The position numbers and the translations under genes are program-made. This document shows positions 47,603 to 56,043 of a stretch of 64,000 nt of DNA, in pieces. Where the stretch lies: the NCBI GenBank assembly GCA_900314445.1, contig OMVA01000103.1, positions 257-64,256 of the forward strand, given 5' to 3'. The stretch comes from an uncultured Lachnospiraceae bacterium. GTDB lineage: Bacteria > Bacillota > Clostridia > Lachnospirales > Lachnospiraceae. The notes under the pieces were generated by a model that was given only the letters and a program-made list of their open reading frames with translations, had not been told where the DNA came from and did no database searches. Each line of letters begins with the position of its first letter. Position 1 is the stretch's first letter.

Positions 47603-48949
47603 ATGACATACGAGCAGGTTATTTCATATATTGAAGATCGTAACAAGCTTGGTTCTGTACCAGGGCTTGATAATATTAATCATTTGCTGAAACGGCTCGG
47701 CAATCCAGAAAAGAAGTTACCAGCGATTCATATTGCTGGTACAAATGGAAAAGGCAGTATTATGTCTTTTGTGGAGCAGGGCCTGATGGAAGCGGGATAC
47801 ATGGCAGGCAGATATATATCACCTGCCATTTTTAATTATAGGGAACGCTGGCAGATTGGACATGAGTTCATCAGCCAGGAAGATACAGCGAAGATTTTAT
47901 CTAAGGTCATTGCTGAAGTTGAAGAGATGGAGAGACTGGGAGAGGGGCAACCTACATCCTTTGAAATCGAAACAGCTGCAGCATTCGTATATTTTCTGGA
48001 AAAGGGCTGTGATCTAATGCTCATTGAGTGTGGCATGGGTGGCAGACTGGATGCTACAAATGTACTTGGCCAGGATACAGTGAATGTGCTGGCCTCCATT
48101 TCCAGAGACCATATGCAATTTCTGGGAAATACAATAGAAGAAATAACAAAAGAAAAGCTGGGCATTATTAAAGATAATGGCTATCTTTTTACCTACCCGA
48201 ATGTGGGAGTTGCCAAAGAGGTAACGGAAGAATTTTGCCATGAGCATCACGTAAAACTCATCCCGGCAGATTCGGAAGCCCTTCTTGTAAAAGAAACAGA
48301 TTTTACGGGCAGTTTATTTGCATATAAGGGAAAAGATTATAGAATTCAAATGGGGGGAGATTTCCAGATTCTCAATGCCATTACTGCCATTGAAGTGATG
48401 GAAGGCCTGAAGGAAGCTAGTGCTTCCTGGAAGACGGAGATTTCAATCCCTGAGGATATCATTCAGTCGGCTCTCAGTCATACCCATTGGCCAGGACGTT
48501 TTATGGTGCTGAATAAGGAACCCCTCCTGATTGTGGATGGTGCTCATAATGAAGATGCCTGGATTCATTTACAAAAGAGTCTGACGCAGTATTTTCCAGA
48601 GATGCGTTTTCATTTTGTGCTTGGTGTTTTGAAAGACAAGGAGGTGAGCCGAATGCTGGACCTTTTACTTCCTTTGGCAAAAAGTATTTTCACCATTGCT
48701 TCGGACAATCCTCGTGCCCTGGCCGCAGAGAATTTGGCAAATGAGATTCGCAGCCGAGAAGAAAATCTTAAGGAAGACAGTGCTACTTTCCAGTACACTG
48801 TTCCTTCGGTTTCTTCCAGAGATAGCGTTGGCGCTGCTGTAGAGAGTGCCATCGCGGATGCAGACCGGGATCATTTGCCTGTAATTTGTTGTGGTTCCCT
48901 TTCCTTTATCGGAGATGTAATCAGGGACTTTGAAAGGATTAGTTATTAA
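47603..48949 (+). CDS. folC: Folylpolyglutamate synthase/dihydrofolate synthase
   Basis: HIAGTNGKGS, PTSFEIET, ECGMGGRLDATN, DHMQFLG, DGAHNE, CGSLSFIG. Confidence 0.94.
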   Translation: MTYEQVISYIEDRNKLGSVPGLDNINHLLKRLGNPEKKLPAIHIAGTNGKGSIMSFVEQGLMEAGYMAGRYISPAIFNYRERWQIGHEFISQEDTAKILSKVIAEVEEMERLGEGQPTSFEIETAAAFVYFLEKGCDLMLIECGMGGRLDATNVLGQDTVNVLASISRDHMQFLGNTIEEITKEKLGIIKDNGYLFTYPNVGVAKEVTEEFCHEHHVKLIPADSEALLVKETDFTGSLFAYKGKDYRIQMGGDFQILNAITAIEVMEGLKEASASWKTEISIPEDIIQSALSHTHWPGRFMVLNKEPLLIVDGAHNEDAWIHLQKSLTQYFPEMRFHFVLGVLKDKEVSRMLDLLLPLAKSIFTIASDNPRALAAENLANEIRSREENLKEDSATFQYTVPSVSSRDSVGAAVESAIADADRDHLPVICCGSLSFIGDVIRDFERISY

Positions 48950-49437
48950 TGGATATGAAGAGAATGGAAGCTATTCTGAATCACAAGCTCTTTCAGGATA
49001 CGCTTCATCAAATAGAAGAGAAGGAAGTTCATCGTGAGTTTTGCAGACATGGTATGCCTCATTTGCTGGACACAGCCAGGATTGCTTATATCACATGCCT
49101 GGAAAATGGACTGCCCTTGGAAAAGGACATTGTTTATGCCACGGCTCTTCTTCATGATCTGGGGCGGGCGTGTCAGGATGAAGAAGGCTATGACCATCGA
49201 TTGGGAGGACTTCCTATTATTGAAGAAATTTTGAAGGATTCCGGATTTGATGACAGTGAAATCCGGGAGATTAAGAAGGCTGTGGCTTCCCATGGTCAGA
49301 AACCACAGGATTCGGACCAGTCCCTTTCTGCCGTTCTCTATCGGGCGGATAAACAATCAAGAAATTGCTTTTGGTGTCCAGCGGCATTACAATGCTACTG
49401 GCCAGAGAATCAAAGAAATATGTCAATAAAATCGTAA
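48949..49437 (+). CDS. HD-domain phosphohydrolase in the folate operon
   Basis: H...ALLHDLGR...H...YRADK metal motif; TAATG coupling to folC. Confidence 0.88.
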   Translation: MDMKRMEAILNHKLFQDTLHQIEEKEVHREFCRHGMPHLLDTARIAYITCLENGLPLEKDIVYATALLHDLGRACQDEEGYDHRLGGLPIIEEILKDSGFDDSEIREIKKAVASHGQKPQDSDQSLSAVLYRADKQSRNCFWCPAALQCYWPENQRNMSIKS

Positions 49438-49448
49438 AGGTGAAGACT

Positions 49449-51128
49449 ATGGATCAGATTATCATTCGTAACTTAAAAGTGTTTGCTCATCATGGCGTTC
49501 TTGCAGAAGAAAAGAAGAATGGACAGGACTTTTTTGTGAACGCTATTTTAGAAATGGATTTAAGAAAAGCTGCTCTGGATGATAATTTAAATGAGTCAGT
49601 GAATTATGATGAAGCGTCTCATTTAATCGTGAATTCTATGCAGGAGGAAACCTTCGATACCATTGAAGCCGCTGCAGAAACTACGGCGAGACATTTGCTT
49701 CTGGAATATCCAGTATTAAAGAATGTAACCATTCAAATTGGTAAGCCACACGCACCAATTCAGTTAGATTTTGATACAGTGCTTGTAAAGCTTAAGAGAG
49801 GATGGCACACAGCTTTCCTTGGCATTGGTTCCAATATGGGAGACAGAAAGCATTTCCTGCAATATGCAGTGGACCAGCTTGGCGCGGATGAATCCATTCG
49901 TGTGGAAAAGGTTTCTACCTTTGTGAATACAGAACCTTATGGACCTGTGGAACAGGATGACTTTTTAAATGGTGTACTTGAAGTGTCCACCTTACTGACG
50001 CCTCACGAACTTCTTTCCGTGGCAAATGATATTGAGAAAGAAGCGGGAAGAGAGAGAAAGGTTCATTGGGGACCAAGAACTTTAGATATTGATATTCTTT
50101 TTTATGATGACTGGATTGTATCGGATGAAAGACTTCGTATTCCACATCCAGAAATTGCTAAGAGAACTTTTGTGCTGGAACCTATGTGCGAAATCGCACC
50201 TTACTATAGGCATCCAATTCAGCAGAAGACTGTATCGGAATTACTGGATCATCTGGGCCGCCATGCAACAGAGAGAGAAGATATCGAATTAAATTATGAA
50301 GAAGTTCCTTCATTAGATATGGAAGATGCTACAGTTGTTTATGCCGGTGTTCCTGGAGCTTATGCTGAGGAAGCAGCCAATCGTTACTTTGGTAAGCAGG
50401 TGCAGTATTGTAATGTAAAAACATTCGCCGATGTGGTAAATGAAGTGGCTGCGGGAAAGGCTGACTTCGGTGTTATTCCAATCGAAAATTCCAGCGCTGG
50501 CTTTGTGGCTGGTAATTATGACATCATCCGAGAGGGTGGTATCAGTATTATCGCTGAAGTAGTTGTGGATATTCACCACGCCCTTCTGGGACTTCCGGAT
50601 TCCAGCCTTACAGATATTAAAAAGGTATATTCTCATCCACAGGGTATTATGCAGTGCAGAGAATTTATTGAGGAACATGACTATACAGCGGAGAGTGTAA
50701 CTAATACAGCTCTTGCAGCCAAGAAGGTTCGTGATAAGGGAGATCCTACAGCGGCAGCCATTGCCAGTGAGCGTGCCGGTAAGCTTTACGACCTGAAGGT
50801 GCTGAAGAAGCATATTAACTTCCAGAATGACAACTCTACAAAGTTTGTAGTTGTGGTAAAGAACAGAATTTGTCTTTCAGATGCAACCAATATTAGTATT
50901 TGCTTTACAACCAAGCATAAGGTTGGTGCCCTTTATGATATTATGGGCATTTTCTTCCACAACCGCCTGAACATGACATCCATCGAATCCCGCCCATCCC
51001 TGAAGCACAAGTGGGAATACATGTTCTATGTGGATTTCGAGGGTAAGCTTACAGACCGAAATGTGCAGAAGGCCCTGGGAGAGATTAATGCCAACAGTGA
51101 TGAATTGCTTGTATTGGGAACTTATTAA
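49449..51128 (+). CDS. folK: Trifunctional fusion: dihydroneopterin aldolase (FolB) + HPPK (FolK) + prephenate dehydratase/ACT (PheA, no chorismate mutase domain)
   Basis: FolB: FAHHGVLAEE, SVNY, IEAAAE, GKPHAPI; FolK: GIGSNMGDR, QDDFLN, WGPRTLDIDIL, IPHP; PDT: GVPGAY, PIENSSAG, SHPQ, NSTKF, ACT IESRP; single open frame. Confidence 0.92.
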   Translation: MDQIIIRNLKVFAHHGVLAEEKKNGQDFFVNAILEMDLRKAALDDNLNESVNYDEASHLIVNSMQEETFDTIEAAAETTARHLLLEYPVLKNVTIQIGKPHAPIQLDFDTVLVKLKRGWHTAFLGIGSNMGDRKHFLQYAVDQLGADESIRVEKVSTFVNTEPYGPVEQDDFLNGVLEVSTLLTPHELLSVANDIEKEAGRERKVHWGPRTLDIDILFYDDWIVSDERLRIPHPEIAKRTFVLEPMCEIAPYYRHPIQQKTVSELLDHLGRHATEREDIELNYEEVPSLDMEDATVVYAGVPGAYAEEAANRYFGKQVQYCNVKTFADVVNEVAAGKADFGVIPIENSSAGFVAGNYDIIREGGISIIAEVVVDIHHALLGLPDSSLTDIKKVYSHPQGIMQCREFIEEHDYTAESVTNTALAAKKVRDKGDPTAAAIASERAGKLYDLKVLKKHINFQNDNSTKFVVVVKNRICLSDATNISICFTTKHKVGALYDIMGIFFHNRLNMTSIESRPSLKHKWEYMFYVDFEGKLTDRNVQKALGEINANSDELLVLGTY

Positions 51129-51154
51129 GACATATATAAGTATATAAATAATCC

Positions 51155-51200
51155 TGGCAAATGAACTGTTCATGGAAATATGTGCGCAGTCCATTTGCCA
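51155..51200. repeat. Intergenic palindromic repeat family copy (inverted pair)
   Basis: TGGCAAATGAACTG...ATATGTGCGCAGTCCATTTGCCA. Confidence 0.88.
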
Positions 51201-51249
51201 GAATAAAGATAGATAGGGCTTTTCTGGGAAAATAAATAGAATTTCTCTG

Positions 51250-51278
51250 TTGACAAAAGACTTTGTGTAATGTATTAT
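51250..51278 (+). promoter_or_regulatory. Sigma-A promoter of infC-rpmI-rplT
   Basis: TTGACA-N17-TATTAT with TG extension. Confidence 0.8.
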
Positions 51279-51292
51279 GTCTATCGTTGTGT

Positions 51293-51416
51293 AGCAAGTA
51301 GAGTATCCACTCTCACCTTGAGTTGCAGATGGCGACCGGGTTCATAGTTGATAGACACACTATTTTTGTGTGCTTCTTCTTTGTGGATACCTGTCTTTGC
51401 GGACAGGTTTTTTTAA
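51293..51416 (+). ncRNA. Ribosomal protein L20 leader (transcription attenuator)
   Basis: AAGTAGAGTATCCACTCTCACC 5' motif; GTATCCAC 51303-51310 pairs with GTGGATAC 51383-51390, overlapping terminator ACCTGTC-tttgcg-GACAGGT + T-run. Confidence 0.85.
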
Positions 51417-51435
51417 TGTGTAGGAGGATAAGACA

Positions 51436-51939
51436 ATAGAGTACATTACAAATGACAGAATCAGAGCAAAGGAAGTAAGAGTTATTGGTTCAAAAGGTAA
51501 TCAGCTTGGAGTAATGTCCCTTCAGGAAGCGCGTGATGCTGCCGAGAAGGAAGGCGTTGATCTTGTATTGGTTTCACCTAATGCGAAACCTCCAGTATGC
51601 AGAATCGTCGATTATGGAAAATTCCGTTATGAGCAGATCAAAAAGGAAAAGGAATCGAAGAAGAAGCAGAAAGTGGTTGAAATTAAGGAAGTTAGAATTT
51701 CACCAAACATTGACGAGAATGATTTAGCAACTAAGATAAATCAGGCAAGAAAGTTCCTTGAAAAAGGCAATCGAGTTAAGGTAACACTCCGTTTCCGCGG
51801 AAGAGAACTTGCTTACGTAAAGCAGAGCAAACCAATTCTTGATGCATTCGCAGAGAAACTTTCCGACGTGTCGACTGTAGATAAGGCGGCAAAATTTGAA
51901 GGCAGAAGCATGTTCATGTTTCTTGCTGCAAAGAAATAG
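51436..51939 (+). CDS. infC: Translation initiation factor IF-3, non-canonical ATA start
   Basis: [42 protein letters not shown]; AGGAGG 8 nt before in-frame ATA 51436; in-frame stop at 51421. Confidence 0.93.
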   Translation: MEYITNDRIRAKEVRVIGSKGNQLGVMSLQEARDAAEKEGVDLVLVSPNAKPPVCRIVDYGKFRYEQIKKEKESKKKQKVVEIKEVRISPNIDENDLATKINQARKFLEKGNRVKVTLRFRGRELAYVKQSKPILDAFAEKLSDVSTVDKAAKFEGRSMFMFLAAKK

Positions 51940-51965
51940 GTTCACAATTTAAGGAGGACAAAGAA

Positions 51966-52163
51966 ATGCCAAAGTTAAAGACAAAAAGAGCAGCTGCAAA
52001 GCGCTTCAGAGTTACAGGTACAGGTAAGTTAAAGAGAAATAAGGCTTACAAGAGCCATATCCTTACTAAGAAGACAACAAAGCGTAAGAGAAATCTTCGT
52101 AAGGCAGCTATGACAGATAAGACAAACGTTAAGAACATGAAGAAGATCTTACCTTATCTGTAA
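51966..52163 (+). CDS. rpmI: 50S ribosomal protein L35
   Basis: [14 protein letters not shown]...KSHILTKK. Confidence 0.98.
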   Translation: MPKLKTKRAAAKRFRVTGTGKLKRNKAYKSHILTKKTTKRKRNLRKAAMTDKTNVKNMKKILPYL

Positions 52164-52201
52164 GGTGCTGTAGATACATATTCGATTAGGAGGATAATAT
52201 A

Positions 52202-52558
52202 ATGGCAAGAATTAAAGGTGGCGTAGGTGCCAAGAAGAGACATAATAGAACATTAAAGGCTGCAAAGGGTTATGTAGGCGCTCGTTCTAAGCAGTACAGA
52301 GTTGCTAAGCAGTCAGTTATGCGTGCTGAAAACACAGCATTCGCAGGACGTAAGGAAAAGAAGAGAGACTTCCGCAAGCTTTGGATCGCTCGTATCAATG
52401 CTGCAGCTCGTCTTAACGACATCTCTTACAGCCAGCTTATGCATGGTCTTAAGGTTGCTGGTATTGACATCAACCGTAAGATGCTTTCTGAAATCGCTAT
52501 CAGCGATCCAGAAGGATTCACAAAGCTTGTTGAAATAGCAAAGGCTGCTATCAACTAG
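52202..52558 (+). CDS. rplT: 50S ribosomal protein L20
   Basis: [32 protein letters not shown]. Confidence 0.98.
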   Translation: MARIKGGVGAKKRHNRTLKAAKGYVGARSKQYRVAKQSVMRAENTAFAGRKEKKRDFRKLWIARINAAARLNDISYSQLMHGLKVAGIDINRKMLSEIAISDPEGFTKLVEIAKAAIN

Positions 52559-52596
52559 TATCAATTATCTGTCTTTTTACTAGAGTAATTGTTTGA

Positions 52597-52650
52597 TTTG
52601 AAGCATATTTTTCGGGTGTTTTCGCACCCGAAAATGACTTCAAATAAAAA
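52597..52650 (+). terminator. Long hairpin terminator after rplT
   Basis: TTTGAAG...TTTTCGGGTG / CACCCGAAAA...CTTCAAA. Confidence 0.65.
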
Positions 52651-52673
52651 TAAGTAAAAAGTCAAAAACTTTG

Positions 52674-52702
52674 TTGACAAAGATGCGACATCGTGATAAT
52701 AT
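52674..52702 (+). promoter_or_regulatory. Sigma-A promoter of the tRNA gene
   Basis: TTGACA-N17-TAATAT with TG extension. Confidence 0.7.
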
Positions 52703-52746
52703 ATGTTTCGTTGCGAACAACAAAAGGCGACAAACTTAATAAATAC

Positions 52747-52830
52747 GCGGGAGTGCTGGAATTGGCAGACAGGCTAGACTAAGGATCTAGTGATGGAAAC
52801 GTCGTGTGGGTTCAAGTCCCATCTCCCGCA
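52747..52830 (+). tRNA. tRNA-Leu, anticodon AAG (CCA not encoded)
   Basis: Acceptor GCGGGAG/CTCCCGC, discriminator A; anticodon arm CTAGA-CTAAGGA-TCTAG; long variable arm; T arm GTGGG-TTCAAGT-CCCAT. Confidence 0.95.
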
Positions 52831-52832
52831 CT

Positions 52833-52861
52833 AAGGCTTTGCAGAAATGCAAAGCCTTTTT
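52833..52861 (+). terminator. Intrinsic terminator after the tRNA
   Basis: AAGGCTTTGCA-gaaa-TGCAAAGCCTT + TTT. Confidence 0.9.
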
Positions 52862-53039
52862 GCTTTTTATGGGAGACCTTGTAATAAAGCTTTACATTTT
52901 GAAGTGACTGTTTTTTGATATTTTGATAGCTCAGGGCTTTCAGTTTATTATATGTAAAGCTTCTTCCTTCATCTTGCTTTTTTAGGGTTTGAATGGTAAC
53001 ATTACACGGAAATTTTGAGAGAGTGAAAGGACAGTTCTG

Positions 53040-54608
53040 ATGAGTAGTAAAGAACAAATCTATGATAGATATAGAAGTAATAGAACTCAGGATATTGTAA
53101 ATCTTGTGTTCCTTTTTTATATGAGTGTCGTATTCCCTATTTATATGCATGATATGTATTTCGACATTACTTTGACCAGAGCCACCGTTTTTGCGGATGG
53201 CGTTATTTTTTATCTAATCCTTATGGCTTCTGCAATTGCCTTAGAGGTATTTATGCTTAGCTATTACAGAGTACCTGGTCCATATTTCTATAAAGACAGT
53301 AAGGTAATTGCTATGCCGGAAGTATGGATGCTTTTATTTTTGACTGCCAATTTTGCGGCATTCTGCATGGCTCCAGACAAAACACCTGCATGGACTGGTC
53401 AGGCAGGACGTAGAATGGGACTTTCCATTATCCTCTGCTTAGCTCTTATGTTTATTGTGCTGGCTAGGGATTGCGTGGTAAATGCATTTGTCTACCTTTG
53501 TGTATGTTTTTCTTCTACTGTAAGTGCAACCATTGCTATTCTTCAGCATTTTGGATTTGATCCATTCTCATTAAGAGAGCGTGTAGTTGTAAAGCAGAAG
53601 CAGATGTTTATTTCTACATTTGGTAATATCAACACCTATTCCTCATTTATAGCAATAGTACTTCCAATCTTTGTGGCGGTATTTATTTTCTCAAAGAAAT
53701 TATGGGAGAGAATAGTAGCGGCCTTTATGATTATGCTCCTTGGTGCAGCAATCATTCCTGGTAAGAGTGATAATGTATATCTTGGACTTCTTCTGGGCTT
53801 CGTAATTCTGTTTTATCTGGCTGTTTGGAATAAGAAAGTATTCGAGTATTTCTTTGGAATTATGCTGATGGCAGCAGGACTTTTTGTATTGGCTATTTTT
53901 AATGATATATATTCAGGAAGTCAGAAACATATCAATGGTATTGCCAGAGGTGTTGAGAGCCCAACCGTTATGGGAGCGTTTGTGATTCTGATGTTCATTC
54001 TTTCAGCAATCTTCTTTATCTTTAGAAAGATTTCACTGAAGAATTACGAAAAGGTTCAGTCAAAGCAGTTTCTGATTGGACTTACTATCTTCCTTATTAT
54101 TATGTCTGTTGGTGTAATGATCTGGGGTAGCAGAAGTAAGTATGCGATTTTCCACTTCAATGATAAGTGGGGCACATATCGTGGCTATATTTGGAGAAGA
54201 GGATTTGATCTATTCCTTAATGGAACTCCATTACAAAAGATATTTGGTTATGGTAATGAAACCATTGGTTCGTTAATGAAGAACAATTACTATAATGAAA
54301 TGGTTTCGATTACAGGTAAGAAATATGACAACTGTCATAATGAATATCTGCAGTATCTGGTTACAACGGGACTCTTTGGAGCAATTTCCTATATTGGTCT
54401 CTTCTTTTCATCTATGATTTATATGATTAAGAGAGCTAAGGGAGATGCAGTTGTAATTGCTTGCCTTGCCAGTGCAGCAGCCTATGCGGGACAGGCTCTT
54501 GTAAACCTGAATCAGCCAATTACTTCACCTTTCTACTTCGTGATTCTTGCTGCTGGTATCGGATTTATAAGATATCGTGATCAGGGCTTTGGCATTTACA
54601 ATAAATAA
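53040..54608 (+). CDS. O-antigen ligase/polymerase-like (Wzy_C) polytopic membrane protein
   Basis: About 12 TMs; STFGNIN, GTYRGYIW, FGYG, CHNEYLQYLVTTGLFG. Confidence 0.82.
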   Translation: MSSKEQIYDRYRSNRTQDIVNLVFLFYMSVVFPIYMHDMYFDITLTRATVFADGVIFYLILMASAIALEVFMLSYYRVPGPYFYKDSKVIAMPEVWMLLFLTANFAAFCMAPDKTPAWTGQAGRRMGLSIILCLALMFIVLARDCVVNAFVYLCVCFSSTVSATIAILQHFGFDPFSLRERVVVKQKQMFISTFGNINTYSSFIAIVLPIFVAVFIFSKKLWERIVAAFMIMLLGAAIIPGKSDNVYLGLLLGFVILFYLAVWNKKVFEYFFGIMLMAAGLFVLAIFNDIYSGSQKHINGIARGVESPTVMGAFVILMFILSAIFFIFRKISLKNYEKVQSKQFLIGLTIFLIIMSVGVMIWGSRSKYAIFHFNDKWGTYRGYIWRRGFDLFLNGTPLQKIFGYGNETIGSLMKNNYYNEMVSITGKKYDNCHNEYLQYLVTTGLFGAISYIGLFFSSMIYMIKRAKGDAVVIACLASAAAYAGQALVNLNQPITSPFYFVILAAGIGFIRYRDQGFGIYNK

Positions 54609-54637
54609 TGCTATAATTCCTCATTGGTAAAAGAGAA

Positions 54638-54650
54638 AGTTCATTTGCCA
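54638..54650. repeat. Intergenic palindromic repeat family half-site
   Basis: AGTTCATTTGCCA. Confidence 0.7.
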
Positions 54651-54719
54651 TGTTCATGATATAAAAATATTATTATGTTATGATGATTCTAAGAGAATAT
54701 ATTGTTGAAGGAGAATACG

Positions 54720-55940
54720 ATGGGCGTTTATGAAGAATTAATTGCAAGAGGACTGATTGCACAGACAACAGATGAAGCAGAAATCCGTGAACTGGTTAAT
54801 GCGGGTAAGGCTACATTCTATATTGGTTTTGATCCAACTGCGGATTCTCTGCATGTAGGTCACTTCATGGCACTTTGCCTGATGAAGCGTCTGCAGATGG
54901 CAGGAAATAAGCCTATCGCTCTTGTTGGTGGTGGTACTGGTATGATCGGTGATCCATCAGGACGTTCAGATATGCGTAAGATGATGACAATCGAACAGAT
55001 TGATCATAACTGTGAGTGCTTTAAGAAGCAGATGAGCCGTTTCATTGAATTTGGTGAAGGCAAGGCTATGATGGTTAATAATGCTGACTGGCTTAGAAAC
55101 CTGAACTTCCTTGATTTCATGCGTGAGATTGGGCCATGTTTCTCAGTAAATGACATGCTCCGTGCAAGATGTTATGTTAACCGTCTTGAACAGGGTCTTT
55201 CATTCCTTGAGTTCTCATATATGTTAATGCAGGGCTACGATTTCTATAAGCTCTACACAGACTATGGTTGTAATATGGAATTTGGTGGTGATGACCAGTG
55301 GTCAAATATGCTTGCTGGTACAGAACTGATTCGTAAAAAACTTGGTAAGAATGCATATGCCATGACGATCAACCTTCTTACAAACTCTGAAGGTAAGAAG
55401 ATGGGTAAGACAGTTGGTGGTGCTGTTTGGCTTGATCCTGCGAAGACTTCTCCTTACGAGTTCTACCAGTACTGGAGAAATGTTGGCGACCAGGATGTTA
55501 TTAAGTGTCTCAAGATGCTTACTTTCCTTCCACTTGAAGAAATTGCTGAAATGGAAAAGTGGGAAGGCGCTGAACTTAACAAGGCAAAGGAAAAGTTAGC
55601 TTACGAGCTTACTGCTCTTGTGCATGGTGAAGAAGAGGCTACTAAGGCTGATGTTGCTGCAAAGGCAATATTCGTTTCTGGTACAACAGAGAATATGCCA
55701 GAATCTGAAATCACAGCAGAGGACTTTGTTGATGGTTCCATCGAACTGACATCTCTTCTTGTTAAGGCTGGACTTGTTAAATCTAAGACAGAAGGTAGAC
55801 GTGCTGTTGAGCAGGGCGGTGTTTCTGTTAATGGTGAGAAAATTACAGATGTTAAGTACACACTTACTGAAGCTGATTTTGCAGAGGAATTAATTCTGAA
55901 GCGAGGTAAGAAGAATTTCCGCAAGATTATTCTTAAATAA
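54720..55940 (+). CDS. tyrS: Tyrosyl-tRNA synthetase
   Basis: [15 protein letters not shown] (HIGH), GGDDQW, KMGKT (KMSKS), C-terminal S4 domain; ATG 54720 follows AAGGAG. Confidence 0.97.
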   Translation: MGVYEELIARGLIAQTTDEAEIRELVNAGKATFYIGFDPTADSLHVGHFMALCLMKRLQMAGNKPIALVGGGTGMIGDPSGRSDMRKMMTIEQIDHNCECFKKQMSRFIEFGEGKAMMVNNADWLRNLNFLDFMREIGPCFSVNDMLRARCYVNRLEQGLSFLEFSYMLMQGYDFYKLYTDYGCNMEFGGDDQWSNMLAGTELIRKKLGKNAYAMTINLLTNSEGKKMGKTVGGAVWLDPAKTSPYEFYQYWRNVGDQDVIKCLKMLTFLPLEEIAEMEKWEGAELNKAKEKLAYELTALVHGEEEATKADVAAKAIFVSGTTENMPESEITAEDFVDGSIELTSLLVKAGLVKSKTEGRRAVEQGGVSVNGEKITDVKYTLTEADFAEELILKRGKKNFRKIILK

Positions 55941-55942
55941 TC

Positions 55943-55968
55943 TTATTTGCGGAAGGTATGCAAATGAA
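55943..55968. repeat. Intergenic palindromic repeat family copy (degenerate)
   Basis: TTATTTGC-ggaaggtat-GCAAATGAA. Confidence 0.55.
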
Positions 55969-55969
55969 T

Positions 55970-56000
55970 GGTGATGCGGCGCAAGTTGCATCACCTTTTT
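55970..56000 (+). terminator. Intrinsic terminator after tyrS
   Basis: GGTGATGC ... GCATCACC + TTTTT. Confidence 0.85.
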
Positions 56001-56043
56001 ATGGAAGCTAAGGGTATGATATTTTAATTATTCGGGGGAGAAT

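Noticed and set aside
52806-52900. tRNA 3' end as an integration site
   Set aside because: No integrase next to it, no duplicated tRNA 3' end noticed in the window, and the native terminator follows directly
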